Source: a virus
Lineage: Duplodnaviria > Caudoviricetes
Strand: one strand, 5' to 3'
Virus record (IMG/VR): IMGVR_UViG_3300033463_000049
Coordinates: 1-64,000 of that record
DNA length: 64,000 nt
A model generated the notes under the pieces. It saw only the letters and a program-made list of their open reading frames with translations. It was not told the DNA's origin and did no database searches. The translations under genes were made by a program, and so were the position numbers. Shown in pieces: positions 41,401-54,092 of the stretch. The stretch's first letter is position 1; the number at the start of each line of letters is the position of its first letter.

Positions 41401-41887
41401 TCCACAAATCACACTTTCCGGATACATCGATAGAACTAGACAAATATCATTATCGTCGTTATCGGAATTTAACAACTCTTCTCCGTCCGGTTATTATATA
41501 TTAAGAGGAGACGTTTAGGATATGGAGTATAGATCTGAAGGTTCTTACAATTCTTCCGAAACGGAATATCTAAACAATTGTTAGAACTGCGTAGTATATA
41601 TAGATCGTGCAAATAGTTTAATAAAAACAGTTGCTGACAGAGACGTTTCTTACGGATACAACTATGCTTGTGACGAATCTACAAATATTGTCGATAGTAC
41701 GTGTTATTTTGGACTAAGCGATTGGGGTAAAGGTAAATTATATTATATTGCAAGCGCTGCTTCCGAAGGATTATTGCGCAATTATAACTTGGATTATTAG
41801 TGGAGTACGCAAAATAGAAATGCGTATATTGACGTGAAAGGTGCCGCTCCTGTTATTTCTGGATACATTCGCGGAGTTCAATCTTAA
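38414..41887 (+). CDS. tail ring/adaptor N-domain fused to Ig-like and repeated beta domains (1157 aa with TAG=Gln)
   Basis: N-terminus paralogous to 42055; two TTAPTAKSLTYNG...W..T.F.YDG repeats and two LSEFN..SP.GYY...VYIDR repeats; no TAA or TGA in frame until 41885. Confidence 0.85.
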
Positions 41888-41900
41888 AATATAATAGACT

Positions 41901-42047
41901 ATGAAAATTGATTTTACAGATACAACACAATTTGAGTTGTCTGATTCTATGGCAGAGGAACTTGTGGATCTTGCAATATTGATGGCGTTGGAGAACGTAG
42001 AGTCTTAGAGAGTTAAAACTAAACAATCAACCTTAACATTAGCATAA
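41901..42047 (+). CDS. detached C-terminal segment of the ring protein (48 aa, 1 TAG)
   Basis: FELSDSMAEELVDLAILMALENVES matches FECNDSMAEELISLAITYALENVES of the 42055 paralog. Confidence 0.8.
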
Positions 42048-42054
42048 TAACGTT

Positions 42055-42972
42055 ATGATGTCACATAAAGATATATATACAAAGTTTATGATTGAATACG
42101 ACAAGGCTAATGTTTTGTCATCATATCCATCGTTGACTGAATATGAAGTGGCTACGTTTTTAGATAAGGCATATAGCGCATTAATTGCGCAAAAGGTTAC
42201 TGGTAACAATCCCCGTTTAATGGGCTTAGAAACGGATGTAAAGGTCATAGAAGACCTTTCTCCGTTGATTGTTACGGTAGAACTTCCGCTTTATCACAAC
42301 CAACAAGCTGACGATAGTTCAGTAAACCTGTACTCTAAGAATATAATGTACGTAGATCTTCCAAAAGACGACACCGATGTAAATGCGTATGTGTCTACTG
42401 AATGGAATTTTGGCGATACATTGCCTTCAAGATTAGGATCTGGTGGTGCAAGCTAGACGTATGCTGTTTCGCAATATGCAGAATATCTGTACTTTATATC
42501 GGCGGCTTTGAAAAGAACAATGGATCAGACCCCAATGGATGGTCATTTAGAAAGGGCTTTGCCAATAAAGCTGGTGTCGCATCAAATGGCTAAGAGTTTT
42601 TTAAATAAAGCTTATAACATGCCGTGGATAAAACAGCCGGTTGGATATATAGAATAGAACAAGTTGTATATTATATACGACCCTTCAGATAATTAGTTTA
42701 ATAATTTAAGTTGGGTAAACGATACACTTTCTATAACCTATATAAAGAAGCCGAATCCTTTTGCAAAAGATCTGAGCAATACTTCAAAGTTTCCATCTAA
42801 TGTCGGATATTATACGTTGTTTGATGCTACTACACCAAATGAATATTATATATTCGAATGTAATGATTCTATGGCGGAAGAATTAATATCGCTGGCCATT
42901 ACATACGCACTTGAAAACGTAGAATCCAATAGACTATCAACAAAACTTAACATGAGAGGATTAGAATCATGA
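42055..42972 (+). CDS. tail ring/adaptor protein
   Basis: FMIEYDK...YPSLTEYEVATFLDKAY...TYIKKP...EELISLA. Confidence 0.8.
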
Positions 42973-43880
42973 ACATAAACGAAACGAGACAATTAGGTAT
43001 TGAGTTTGAAAGACGAGTTCAAACTATGATTCCTGATAGAGAATACATTGACAAACTTGATACTGATACTATTTATTCTTTTTTAAACTAGTATCAAGAT
43101 AAGTATGTTCATGAAATCTACAGGAATCTCGATAAGGTTGAATCCGGGTCAACGTTGTCTGCGCACATAGAATCTGTTCTACAGTCATTGTAGCGTAGCG
43201 TTACAATCTCAACAGATCAGACCGATATAAATGCAGATCAGTCGAAATGTATTGGCAACTATACTGGCAATTTTGACATATCTGACTCTAATTATATTGT
43301 AATAGATACAGCAAGATCAGTTGTATTTAGACTGCCAAACGACTTCTATATGTATATCAGAAGTGTTTCTAACGTGAGTTCTACTTACGGATTTAGATCT
43401 AATACAACCAATGGACAGAGCAGCAATGACCCTCTTCAGAAACTTCCTATAAGGATTATTCCGAATGAGTTGGTATCTCAATCGGACGTGTGGAGACTGT
43501 TAGAAACTCCTCATAATAGTTTGAGGATTCTGAGGTATCCTGCTGCTGTATTGAGTGCTCCCGATAGTACCGGGACTACCAGCTATCCAACACTGACCTG
43601 TATATACGACCAGTATACTACAGTCGAGGGCATTAAAGTTTTATATTACAAACAGCCCAGACATTTTAGTATATTGACTAGCACTCCGTGCGAACTTCCA
43701 TCAGACGCTTTTGATGATTTAGTAACCGGTGCGGTTGATTTGTATATTCAATATGTGTCTAACAACAGACCTACTGATAGAAGCAGACAGCCGATCATTC
43801 CCGCTTCTGAAACATCTAAAGCTAAAGAAGAGGCACAGAGACAGCAAAGAAATCGTAGGAAACAACAAGATGAAGACTGA
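42969..43880 (+). CDS. tail ring/adaptor protein paralog
   Basis: EFERRVQ...TDTIYSFLN...YYKQP...CELP. Confidence 0.75.
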
Positions 43881-43882
43881 TT

Positions 43883-44578
43883 ATGAGATGCATTGACCTT
43901 ATCGCAGCATTTGAGCTTGAGATAAATAAGCTTGACGATGCTCTACAAAAGCCGGTCACTGATGATTCTATATATTGGTTAAATCAAGCTATGATGAAGC
44001 TTGTGAAAGAAAGGTTTAACGGCAATTTGCCACACCGGACATCATACGAACAAAATGAAAAACGCACTAGAGATTTAGTCAATCTGCTACGTGAAGAGAT
44101 ACATGATTTCGCGGTGGACTACGAACCGGTACAACACAAGTCATATGATGAATACGAATACAATTATCCATCAGACATGATGTTTGTACTAAATGAAGAT
44201 GTTGTAATATCAGATACTCAAGGTGGTCACGAGATGGACACTTGTGTATTTGAATGCACAGCAGACAACTTCATGTATAGAATAAATAATAGTCTTACTG
44301 ATTTCCATTATAGGTATCATCGTGCAAGACCTCTGAGAGTTAGGACACAGACTGGTTTCAGACTCCTAACTGATACGAAATATAGAATTAAACAATATAC
44401 TTTGGGCTACCTTAAATTGCCCGAAGAAATAACCAATGAAAATCCTTTTAAAGAATATCAGGATTTTCCAGATTACATTTGGATGGAGATAATCAAGATT
44501 GCAGCTTAGATGTATGTAGAAAATCAGGCTGATCCTAGATATCGCACCATTACAAATGAAGTAAATACACAAGAGTAA
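43883..44578 (+). CDS. tail ring/adaptor protein paralog
   Basis: YWLNQA...YEQNEKRTRDL...YLKLP...EIIKIAA. Confidence 0.75.
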
Positions 44579-44681
44579 ACATTCGTTTATTCTAAATTCA
44601 AATAATTTAAACGTGGAAACCCCAGCTAGTTAGGTCTAGACATTGAAATATAGGGGGAGTAGAATAAATTAATTTAAAAAT

Positions 44682-45794
44682 ATGATTACATACGTAAATT
44701 CAGTGTTTGTTAGCAACGTTGATTCTAGCAACATTGTAACTATTTCTAGCAATTCTGACTTTGCTAGCGTTAGCAAGGGCAAGTTCGTGTTCCTCGATAT
44801 CGATTCGAACACTTCAATTAGTGCTACTACCACTCGCTTTAAGATTGGTATGGGTACCGGTAAGACCATTTCAAACGACAAGGGCTCTGTAGCCGAGATC
44901 AAGTGGTCTAACATCATCAACGTTGACGACATCAAGGGTTGGACAGCAAGTTCTTATGCTGCTGACACCGAGGACGTTTGCTACATCAACCTCGCCGGTG
45001 CTACTGGCCTGATTGGTTCTGGTAAGACTTTGTCTCAGAAGGGCAAGCGCATCATCGTTCGTCTGACCTATAAGGATATGCCTCATCGCTATCGCAAGTG
45101 GACTGAGAGCTATGAGTATGTTACCGAGGACGGTGAGACCGTTGCTTCTATCGCTACCAACATCGCTAAGATGATTAACAAGGAAGCAAAGCGTGCTCGT
45201 GTCATCGCTACTGTAGGTGAGATTAACAGCACTTCAGCAAGCGCAACCGCTACTGTTGGTTCTGCTTATTTCCATGCAGACTCTAACTGGGACAATGTTT
45301 CTGCAAGCGCAAACAACAACACGATTGTTCTTACTGCCATGACTTATGATGATGACAACTCTGTTGATTCTCTGAACTGGTACAACAAGGTTCGTTTCAA
45401 TGCAAACATGTATTACACGGATCCTTCTGCCGAGGGTTGGGAGTCTATCAACAAGCACTTCATCACTGGCGCAACTATTACCAAGGTTCCCGGTAAGACC
45501 TATGAGGCTTCTGCTAAGCTCGTTCGCGATCGCGAGGCTCAGGCTATGGGTTACGACGGAATCCTGAACCGTGGTGAGGGTACATGGCCCATCATCAAGC
45601 CCGGTATGAATGTTGATCTGACCAAGCACTACAATGTAGTTACGCTTGAGTTTGAGAACATGTATCGTACCGCTGACGACCTGTTCCGTAAGACCAAGCA
45701 GACGGTTGAGATTTATACCACTGCTGCTACTTCAGGCATTACGACTGAATTGGCTAAGCTTACGAGCGCAGTAGTTGACACCAACAAGGAATGA
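44682..45794 (+). CDS. abundant virion protein (auxiliary capsid or sheath-like)
   Basis: 370 aa, MCP-like codon bias, no TAG, own terminator. Confidence 0.7.
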   Translation: MITYVNSVFVSNVDSSNIVTISSNSDFASVSKGKFVFLDIDSNTSISATTTRFKIGMGTGKTISNDKGSVAEIKWSNIINVDDIKGWTASSYAADTEDVCYINLAGATGLIGSGKTLSQKGKRIIVRLTYKDMPHRYRKWTESYEYVTEDGETVASIATNIAKMINKEAKRARVIATVGEINSTSASATATVGSAYFHADSNWDNVSASANNNTIVLTAMTYDDDNSVDSLNWYNKVRFNANMYYTDPSAEGWESINKHFITGATITKVPGKTYEASAKLVRDREAQAMGYDGILNRGEGTWPIIKPGMNVDLTKHYNVVTLEFENMYRTADDLFRKTKQTVEIYTTAATSGITTELAKLTSAVVDTNKE

Positions 45795-45802
45795 TTTTAA
45801 CT

Positions 45803-45842
45803 AAGCTGGGGTGGGCAACGCCCATCTCGGCTTTTTTATTTT
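45803..45842 (+). terminator. intrinsic terminator
   Basis: AAGCTGGGGTGGGC-AAC-GCCCATCTCGGCTT-TTTTATTTT. Confidence 0.85.
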
Positions 45843-45848
45843 ATCGCT

Positions 45849-46562
45849 ATGAAAGTAAGAATAGGAAATGACATTCGCCTGCAGGTTCAATTGAGCTTTG
45901 CAGGAGCACAGGAATCTGTTAATATTCTTTCTCTGAAAGCCGTTTTCATAAATAGAACACTTAAGGATGAGTTTTTGAAGGAGTATAAGAAGAAGAACAG
46001 ATTCATACACAGATTTCCTATCGAACCTTTTTCTGACGAATTTCAGCCTACTGAGTACAACATTCATTCTACCGGCAATCCCAGATATAGAGCTTTCGTT
46101 ATGAATCAATATAACGGCTTTGGTGTATACCCCGACTGGAAAAATGTAATGCCGTTTAAGAAGATGGATATTACAGAATACGTATCTAAGGTTTCGAGAA
46201 CTCAAGATCCGAGTTCTGTAGTAGCTGTATTCCCAGCAAGTATTCAAAAGTATGCCGGTGAATACGACCTGATCGTAACCGCACAGGTATACGACGACGG
46301 TTATGAGGATAATGTTCGTACTGTAACAGTAGACTATAAAAATGTATTCGAACTTGTTTCTTCTAGTGAAGAAAGTGATGTCAACGATGCAGTACAGATT
46401 AGCATAAATAACATTTCCGAACCACCTTCTACACATGATTATTTCGTAATATCCGGTTCTTATGACAACAATGAGATACTGTTGAGGAGAAATGATAATG
46501 CTACAATTCATGTAGACATAGATTCTGTGAGCGGGTGGTACGAACAACCCGAGGAGGATTAA
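45849..46562 (+). CDS. hypothetical structural protein
   Basis: 237 aa, MKVRIGNDI N-terminus. Confidence 0.75.
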   Translation: MKVRIGNDIRLQVQLSFAGAQESVNILSLKAVFINRTLKDEFLKEYKKKNRFIHRFPIEPFSDEFQPTEYNIHSTGNPRYRAFVMNQYNGFGVYPDWKNVMPFKKMDITEYVSKVSRTQDPSSVVAVFPASIQKYAGEYDLIVTAQVYDDGYEDNVRTVTVDYKNVFELVSSSEESDVNDAVQISINNISEPPSTHDYFVISGSYDNNEILLRRNDNATIHVDIDSVSGWYEQPEED

Positions 46563-46563
46563 T

Positions 46564-47079
46564 ATGCCGATAATAGCGTCAATAGGAAAGATGTTCCAAG
46601 GACTGTCGGCAGGCACTCCATTGGGTAAAATGTTAATCGCCGCAGGAACTGCTATCACAGCCTTCTATTCTCCAATAGCAGCACTGTTAGTAGCGTGCTT
46701 CATCTTTACTACAGTAGACATGCTATATGGCATAAAGGTGGCATGCAAGCAGAAGAAAAAGATAGAGAGCAAGAAGAATTGGAAAGGTACGTTATCAAAA
46801 CTCCTAGACGAGTTCGTAATACTGTCTCTGGCTAGATTACTGGAATGGGCTATATTGGATGACAGCGGTGTGTTTGTATTGACTGGCGGTGTAACTGTAA
46901 TAATCAGTTTGACCGAATTGTGGTCTATACTTGAAAACCTCAACACCCTCAACCCCGAAGGTCCGTGGAAAGCTTTGAGTAAATTCCTTAAGAAAAAAGG
47001 TGAAGATTATATAGGAACTGAAATAGATTTAAACGATGACGATACTAACAATACTAAAGTGGATAGTAGCGAATCGTAA
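46564..47079 (+). CDS. holin (Phage_holin_4_1-like)
   Basis: Three TM segments; D.LYG; IESKK; ELWSILENL. Confidence 0.8.
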   Translation: MPIIASIGKMFQGLSAGTPLGKMLIAAGTAITAFYSPIAALLVACFIFTTVDMLYGIKVACKQKKKIESKKNWKGTLSKLLDEFVILSLARLLEWAILDDSGVFVLTGGVTVIISLTELWSILENLNTLNPEGPWKALSKFLKKKGEDYIGTEIDLNDDDTNNTKVDSSES

Positions 47080-47698
47080 AAGCCTGTTTAAGGCCGTTTT
47101 AGGCCTCTCTGTTGGGCTTTTGTTTGGTTGGTGCGTAATGCTCAGCCACTAGAATAAAAAGCTGTCAGAAAGCCTGCAAATGGCTTAGAATAACATTGAG
47201 GCCTATTAGGGCTCCCTCGCGGGGTCTTAGTAGGCCAATAATGTTTTAAAGCTGGACGTCGAATCGCTACATCAATAGAATGATAAAGTTCTCCAACAGC
47301 TAGATAGTGTTAGGAAGGAACTTAAAATAAAACCAAAAGAAATACATACTGCAGCAACTCAAACGTAGATACTATACGTTAATGAGGGTAAGGGGGTATA
47401 GGGGGATCTTAGAGAGATACTTAAAGATACTACCTATACTGATAGTATAAAATATAACGACTTAACTTCTGTCTACTATACTATAGGTGCTGATACAGTA
47501 AGTATGAGAATAGATGTAAAGAATACTTAGTATTTATATATATACAGCAAAAAGGAGTATAAGAATAAGAAAAGCTTTATAAAACGTATATTTACTTGGG
47601 ATTTCAAGAAAGAGCGCAAGTATAAGTACGAAATAAAGAACACTAATGATTTGATTAAAACAGAAGATGTAAGAGTCATAGAATCAAACAAATTATAA
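47036..47698 (+). CDS. putative spanin (Rz-like) membrane protein, 220 aa with 9 TAG; absent from ORF track
   Basis: N-terminal TM helix, coiled coil, overlaps the holin gene. Confidence 0.7.
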
Positions 47699-47699
47699 A

Positions 47700-48419
47700 A
47701 TGGCGAAGATTTCATTAAAGACAATAACCGATGATATTCTTCTCCTTGTAAGAAATAACTACATTAGTGAAAGTGAAGACCTCTCTAGAGCTTAGATTCA
47801 CGCGTGGGTAAAGGCGTACAGACACAAGTTGTGGAAAGACGAAAAAGATCGCAGAAAGCAATTAGCTCTGATGAATAAGCTCGACTTTGATGAATTCATA
47901 GACAACGAGTATTTTCGTAAAGTTGAGACAGGTCCGATGGAACTTGAACCAGTAGAATCTGGTGACGAAGATGGTTAGACTTTCACAAAGCGTACAATAG
48001 ACACGCTCGAAGATGTATTTAACAACGACGACAATAGTATTCTTGCCATTCACGATGAAAATGGTGAGAATATTTAGTATATGAATCATGTGCGTCGCCA
48101 TTACAACTATTGGAGAAGATATACGTTTGGAGAGATGACCGGATATTATAAAGATGACGGTCACGTCTATGTCCAAGGACTTGTTGACGAAGGTCAGCTT
48201 AAGTATATATACGTACTGTGGATTAAGGAAATTGAAGATGACGATGAGGATGAAGATGATGAGGATGATGTACTGATTCCTGCATGGATGGTCCCAACTA
48301 TCAAAGAACTCATAATGAAGAATGAGCTTGCGTTTATGCTCAATAGACCTAGCGACGATAGCAACAACGCTACGTTGGCAAGCGTAAAGCCACACGGTCC
48401 ACAAGACGATGAAGAATAA
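47700..48419 (+). CDS. structural protein (tail hub or ring-like)
   Basis: MAKISLKTITDDILLLVRN..., in frame with 48081-48419. Confidence 0.7.
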
Positions 48420-48852
48420 AAAATCTTATACATTCAGAGATATGTACCGTACAATGCCCATAGAGGTACCGTACAGCCGTTATAAGCGCATTTTAGACGA
48501 GATGTGTAAAGTTATTCTGGAACACATGTTAGAGCGCTCAGAAGGCTTTAAAATGCCTTACGGACTCGGCTTAATACAAATTGGAAAGTACAAACCAAAG
48601 TCTTATACACAAGACTCTCTGTCTGTAGACTATAAGTCTAGCAAAACTTACGGGAAGAGGATATACCACTTGAACGAACATTCAGATGGATATAAATTTA
48701 GGTTATACTGGTCTAAAATACCAAGGACGTTTCCGAATAGATACAAATATCAATTAAGCTTAGTAAGACAAAACAAGCGTAAGTTAGCTCAACTAATATT
48801 TAACAAACACGATTATATAGATATAGATGATATACAATTATACAAGGTGTGA
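48409..48852 (+). CDS. IHF/HU-like protein
   Basis: FKMPYGLGLIQI...YHLNEHSDGY; typical position in the crAss-like tail module. Confidence 0.7.
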   Translation: MKNKKSYTFRDMYRTMPIEVPYSRYKRILDEMCKVILEHMLERSEGFKMPYGLGLIQIGKYKPKSYTQDSLSVDYKSSKTYGKRIYHLNEHSDGYKFRLYWSKIPRTFPNRYKYQLSLVRQNKRKLAQLIFNKHDYIDIDDIQLYKV

Positions 48853-49693
48853 ATCAGTCATCGCTAAAATCATGGCTGATTTAGATTCCACAGAAGTAAG
48901 ATAGAGAACTTCTGATATAAAAGAATGGATTTTTGAGGCCGTGGAAAAGATTGGTGCTCCTATGCAGTATATCAGAAAAGAGTCTGGGACAGAGGACTGC
49001 CCGTTGTTGAAGATAGAAGACAACTAGGTTCCACTGCCTTCAGATTTAACTGTATTAGACGGTGCGGCTTACTCGGAATCACCAAAAGGCCCTTGGGTGC
49101 CAATGAAGACGACTACAAGCTTATTTAGAGAGCCGTCTAGGCCACAAAAACCCAGCGGTGGACATGAGCCAATGAGACATAAAATGTTCACTACACAAGG
49201 CCAGTTTTACACAGTCAACCTTATGAAATATGCTGAGAAGCATCTAAAAACTGACGATCAACCTCAGTATTTCATTAAACCAGGTTGGTTGGTTACTAAT
49301 AAACGAAAAGGATTTGTAAAACTGGCTTATAAAGCAATACCAGTAGACGAAAGAGGTTATCCACTTATTCCAGACCTCCCGTCCTACCAAGAAGCAATCT
49401 ATTGGTACGTTGCAATGAAGTTATCCTTCCCTAAGTGGATAAACGGTTCACTCGGAGGTAATTCTAAATACGCACAGAAGTATGCCGCAAACACCTACAG
49501 CTATATGTAGAACCAGTGGAACTTCTATCGTAATCAAGCTTATGCTGAAGCAATGATGCCAACTGCAGACGATATGGAAAATATAAAGAACGATTGGAAT
49601 AAGTTAGTTCCAGATTGGGATGCTAGGGATACGTTCTTTAAAGATATAGGTACAGAACAAGATATTTATACTGATTACTATTATGGATATTAA
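48827..49693 (+). CDS. tail tubular protein (P22 gp4-like)
   Basis: EWIFEAVEKIG...AIPVDERGYPLIPD.PSYQEAIYWY. Confidence 0.8.
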
Positions 49694-52600
49694 TTCACAA
49701 CAATAGATAAATACATTTGTTGGCGGCATGAATACCGATACCTCCGATTCGTTACTGGAGAGTAATCAGTACAGATATGCCGAAAATCTAAGAGTTGTTA
49801 CTAACACCGACAGCAATAGTGGAGAGTTGCGAATGATTGAAGGTACGAAAGTATTCATACCTCAAGGTGACTGGAATGAGATCATTAAGATCGATAAAGT
49901 TCGAGACATTGTAGTATTTATTACTAGGAGTAGTAGTACTTGGTCTATATGGAAATTTAAAGACGGTGGAACAGCCTCTCCTACCAGAATATTTGGTCCG
50001 TGCAGTACGAAGATATGGAAAACTGGATGTTATCCAAATCTCAGTACGGTACTTAATTACGAATCTGAAAGTAATATCAAGTACTATATTGCAGATGGAA
50101 TACATCAAATAATGGTACTTAATGTGGCAGATACTCCGTCTTACATTCCGACAGATATAAAACATCTTTCCGGATATACGGAAATCATGTTGCCAGACTT
50201 AAGTGTGCAAATATCAGACCGATCCGGACAATTAAAGTCTGCTAAAGTATAGTATGCGTATAGATTGTACAAATAGGGTGGATCTGCAACGAAACTCTCT
50301 CCTTTAAGTAGAGTATTATCTCTGTACAAAGATTCTAAATCTGGATACGCTAGTACTTTTAGATCTGGTAGATCTGTTAGAATTTTACAACCTTCTGCAG
50401 AATTTTATACACAGTCTACATAGCCATCTGGATACTTTGTAAATCCAAGAATATATATTTCTACAGACACTGTTGTAGATAATCAAGGATTGCGCGGCAC
50501 ACCGACTGTTCCGTAGATACATATAAACGATATATCGTTCTCAAAATATTCGAATAACGGAAATTAGCAAATCGGAGAATCTATTCACGATTGTTATTAT
50601 ATAGAAGACACATTGTGTACAAGAAATTTGGACACAGATCCGTTGTCTCCGTCTGAAGTTTTGTATTCCTACAATCACAATACTGCCGTGCGCGGATTAG
50701 ATTCAACTCATTACTTTGAAAATTCTGGAGACGACGACTCTACGTGGATACAAGAAAATTCAAGACTGATTGTTGTGCAAATCGGAAGTACTATGGACGA
50801 CAATGAATACGAATGTTCTAATGTTATAGAGTTTACATATGACGATCTGTACCAACTCACACTGAGTTCCGGATGTATTGTAGACTCTGTGTGGCAAGCC
50901 GGCCAAAGAATTCAAGTAGATAGTATTCAGCGTACACATCCGTTAGGAAATACATCGCAACAGCAAGAAAACCTTTCTGTATCTGAAGTATTGGATAGAA
51001 TACAGATTTTCAGAATCAATTATGTAGTAAACGGACAATCACCAGAAGTAAACGTAATATATGATGGCACATATGTTGCCGGAGGTTAGATTATAGACTC
51101 GGGGCAAGATGATTTACGCTCAGTTGCAGTTTCTGAATTATTGTCATACGTTGATTTTGGAGTTACTCCAAAAGTACTGGAGGTGAAAAATAATTATTTA
51201 TTTGCTGCCAACATAAATTATTCTCAGTAGAAGACCGACGATCTGTTTAAGAACCTAGATCTGAGTTCATGCTTTACTATAGAATAGTGCACTGGACCAG
51301 AATACACAATAAGTGAAACTAGTTAGGATTTAAATTATCAATCTCAACACGCAGCATTTAGGCCCGGTGAAACCTATCGATTTGGAGTAATATTCTACGA
51401 TAATGAAGGAAATCGTTCTAGCGTATTTCCGCTAGGAAATGACGTTACTATGGACGATTATTCATCTTTCAATTGGTTGACTATAAACCAAGGTACTCCT
51501 ACAGACACTGTATATAGCCCTACGTTTACAATAAAACCACCGACAGTAAAGATAAAACAAAGAAGTTATATACCAAACTGTTCTAGATACGAGATTGTAA
51601 GATGCATAAGAACGTTGTCAGATAAACGCACCCTTACACAAGGATTGATAGCAAAACCCGCAGAATGTTGGGATGCAAATCCATTAGAAGGAAGCAGCCA
51701 TCGGATGCGTATAATAGGACCGAGAACTTTATTTTCTCTTGGAGAAATTGATTCGTATCACGGGGCGAATTTTAATGATGAAACTAGGTATGTTACAACT
51801 TCCGATTCAAACATCCTTTGTTTTGCATCTCCGGAATATGTTTATCAGCAAGACGATGTAAAAGATATGTTGAACTAGTATCAAGGTGCGCTGTCGGTAA
51901 AACGTGTTGCGAATTATATTCCGTACATCAAAGTTGATCAGAGTAATTCATATAAATATGCTCCAACAAACGGTACTTTTAATTATCCGACAGTTATTGG
52001 GTATACTAATAACATTACTATAACTCACTAGTTTAGTAGTATTATTAATTCACAAACACTTTCGCTGCCGTTTACAAAAAACAATAAAACTGGATATATA
52101 AAGTTTAATCACATTACTCCGCATACAATATAGTATTATACTACATTTGTAGCAAACGGGCCGGCAAATATTACAGATCTAGCATATCCGAATGTACCAG
52201 CATATAATGCTTTTGCAAACGGAGAAGATTTGCGATTTAAAGACGATATAACGACCATAGGAGACTATTCTTATCTCGGATGGTCTGCGTTAGCTTATAA
52301 TGTTAGTAATACAGGAAGCGGTAGTGAATTGTATAATACGTTTAAAAATGGTAACGGAGAAACATATCCAATTGGAACAACTGGGGCATGTGTTTTAATG
52401 AAGGTTGATAATATAAATACATTTACTCCAAACACGGTGGTTGAAACCAACGGTCCGTTTTTGATAACTGTAGCAGATATATACAAATCTGCAAATCCTT
52501 ACGGAGGAGATACTTCGGACGCAAAAAGGAATAGTACATATTGCTCATTTGGAGATGTATTTGAAAATCAAGTTGCAGATCATGTGCTGAACAGCGGTGA

Positions 52601-54092
52601 CTGTTATATTAGAATGTTCTAGTATAACGCACTACACAACTGGTATGATGCAACATTTCCGGCTGTAACTAAATGTGGAACTGTATATAGCGTTCCAATG
52701 TTTATGGACATTGACTTACACGGACAGTACGGAACTACGTATACAAAGAACATAGCAAAAGGATATTATATACAAGATAAAGCGGCTCAATTTGATTCAT
52801 ACATACAAGAGACAGATGCTTATTTGTATAATACTGCTTACAATCAACATCCGGATATAATAAAATACTCTACGAACGATAATCGTGAGTATATCTCACA
52901 GCAATACGATACCAGAGTTCATTATTCTGAATAGAAAACTAATAATGAAGATATAGATAGTTGGACACAGTTCAGAGCAATGAACTTCTCAGATGTAGAT
53001 TCCAGATTTGGTGAGATAACGGGTCTTAAGTTGTTTAAAGACAAACTTGTATTCTGGCAAGAAAATGCAACTGGAGTTTTGGCTGTCAACGAACGCGTGA
53101 TACTTCAAGATGCAAACGATACACAAGTTACGCTCGGTACTGGTCAAGTGTTGGATAGATATGATTACATAAGTACTGTATACGGTATGAAGAAAGACCA
53201 GAGTACGGCTTGTATTTCTAACGACGCACTATATTGGTGGGATGGTAACAACAGAGAGTTGTTACAATATGCTGAAAAGTATTCTGTAGTACCTTTGTCG
53301 CAGGTTAAAAATATACGCAACTATATAAACAACAGTGCTGAAAATGACCATCCTCATGTATACTATAATAATAAGTATAAAGAGGTTGTATTCCAGTGTG
53401 TAAACAACGAAGCTGTGGCATACAGCGAGTTATTGTAGAGATTTACTTCAGTCTATACGGCTATTGAGAACAACCAAAAAGGATTTATTCCCACATACTC
53501 AGCTTGTGTGAACGATACTATATATATTACGGATGGAAAAACTATTGAGACAGACAATACAGTTTCACAAAGCGGATCTAAGTTGTTTGGATATAGCGCA
53601 TATCCTTATATAAAGTATATAGTAAATTCTAACAATACGCTAACAAAAACTTTCGATACTCAAATAATAGGCGGAGAGTTGTACGGAGGAAGTACTCGAC
53701 ACGAATTAGTGGAAGGCAGTAGTTATGGAACCCACAAAGCCAACGGAAAGGATGTAAATTCTGAAATGCTATTCCAAAATCAACCAAAATTGATAGACGA
53801 CACTCATAATTCTCTAACACAAGCTAAGCATATTTTGCATGACGATGGCGTGTTAAAAGACTTGGAAATGCGTTACAACACTCCGTTAAAACAAACAGCT
53901 CATACTACTGGTACATCTTTGAGTAATAGAGAATACGATTATAGACTTAACATTCCGAGAGAGACTGGTAATGAAGTTTACGGCGGAAGGTTAAAGGGAA
54001 AAACGATGCAATGTGAATTATGGTCTACTAATAACTCCATTGACTTCTCATTGCAATACATAATAACTAAATATAGAATGTCATGGAGTTAA
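49683..54092 (+). CDS. tail stabilization/muzzle protein (P22 gp10-like), about 1469 aa
   Basis: NTFVGGMNTD...QYRYAEN; GETYRFGVIFYD; DVDSRFGEIT; RLKGK; all sub-ORFs share one frame. Confidence 0.85.

Noticed and set aside
20056-41887. Diversity-generating retroelement targets in adhesin genes
   Set aside because: No reverse transcriptase and no adenine-specific TR/VR repeat pair seen in the window.
31227-46658. Long antisense ORFs such as 31227-31967 and 45801-46658
   Set aside because: They are shadows of well-supported plus-strand genes and have no recognisable motifs.
15554-47405. CCCCCTATA(G/C)..CCCC motif at 15554 and, reversed, at about 47392
   Set aside because: Only two imperfect copies, one inside a coding region; not enough to call an iteron or origin.
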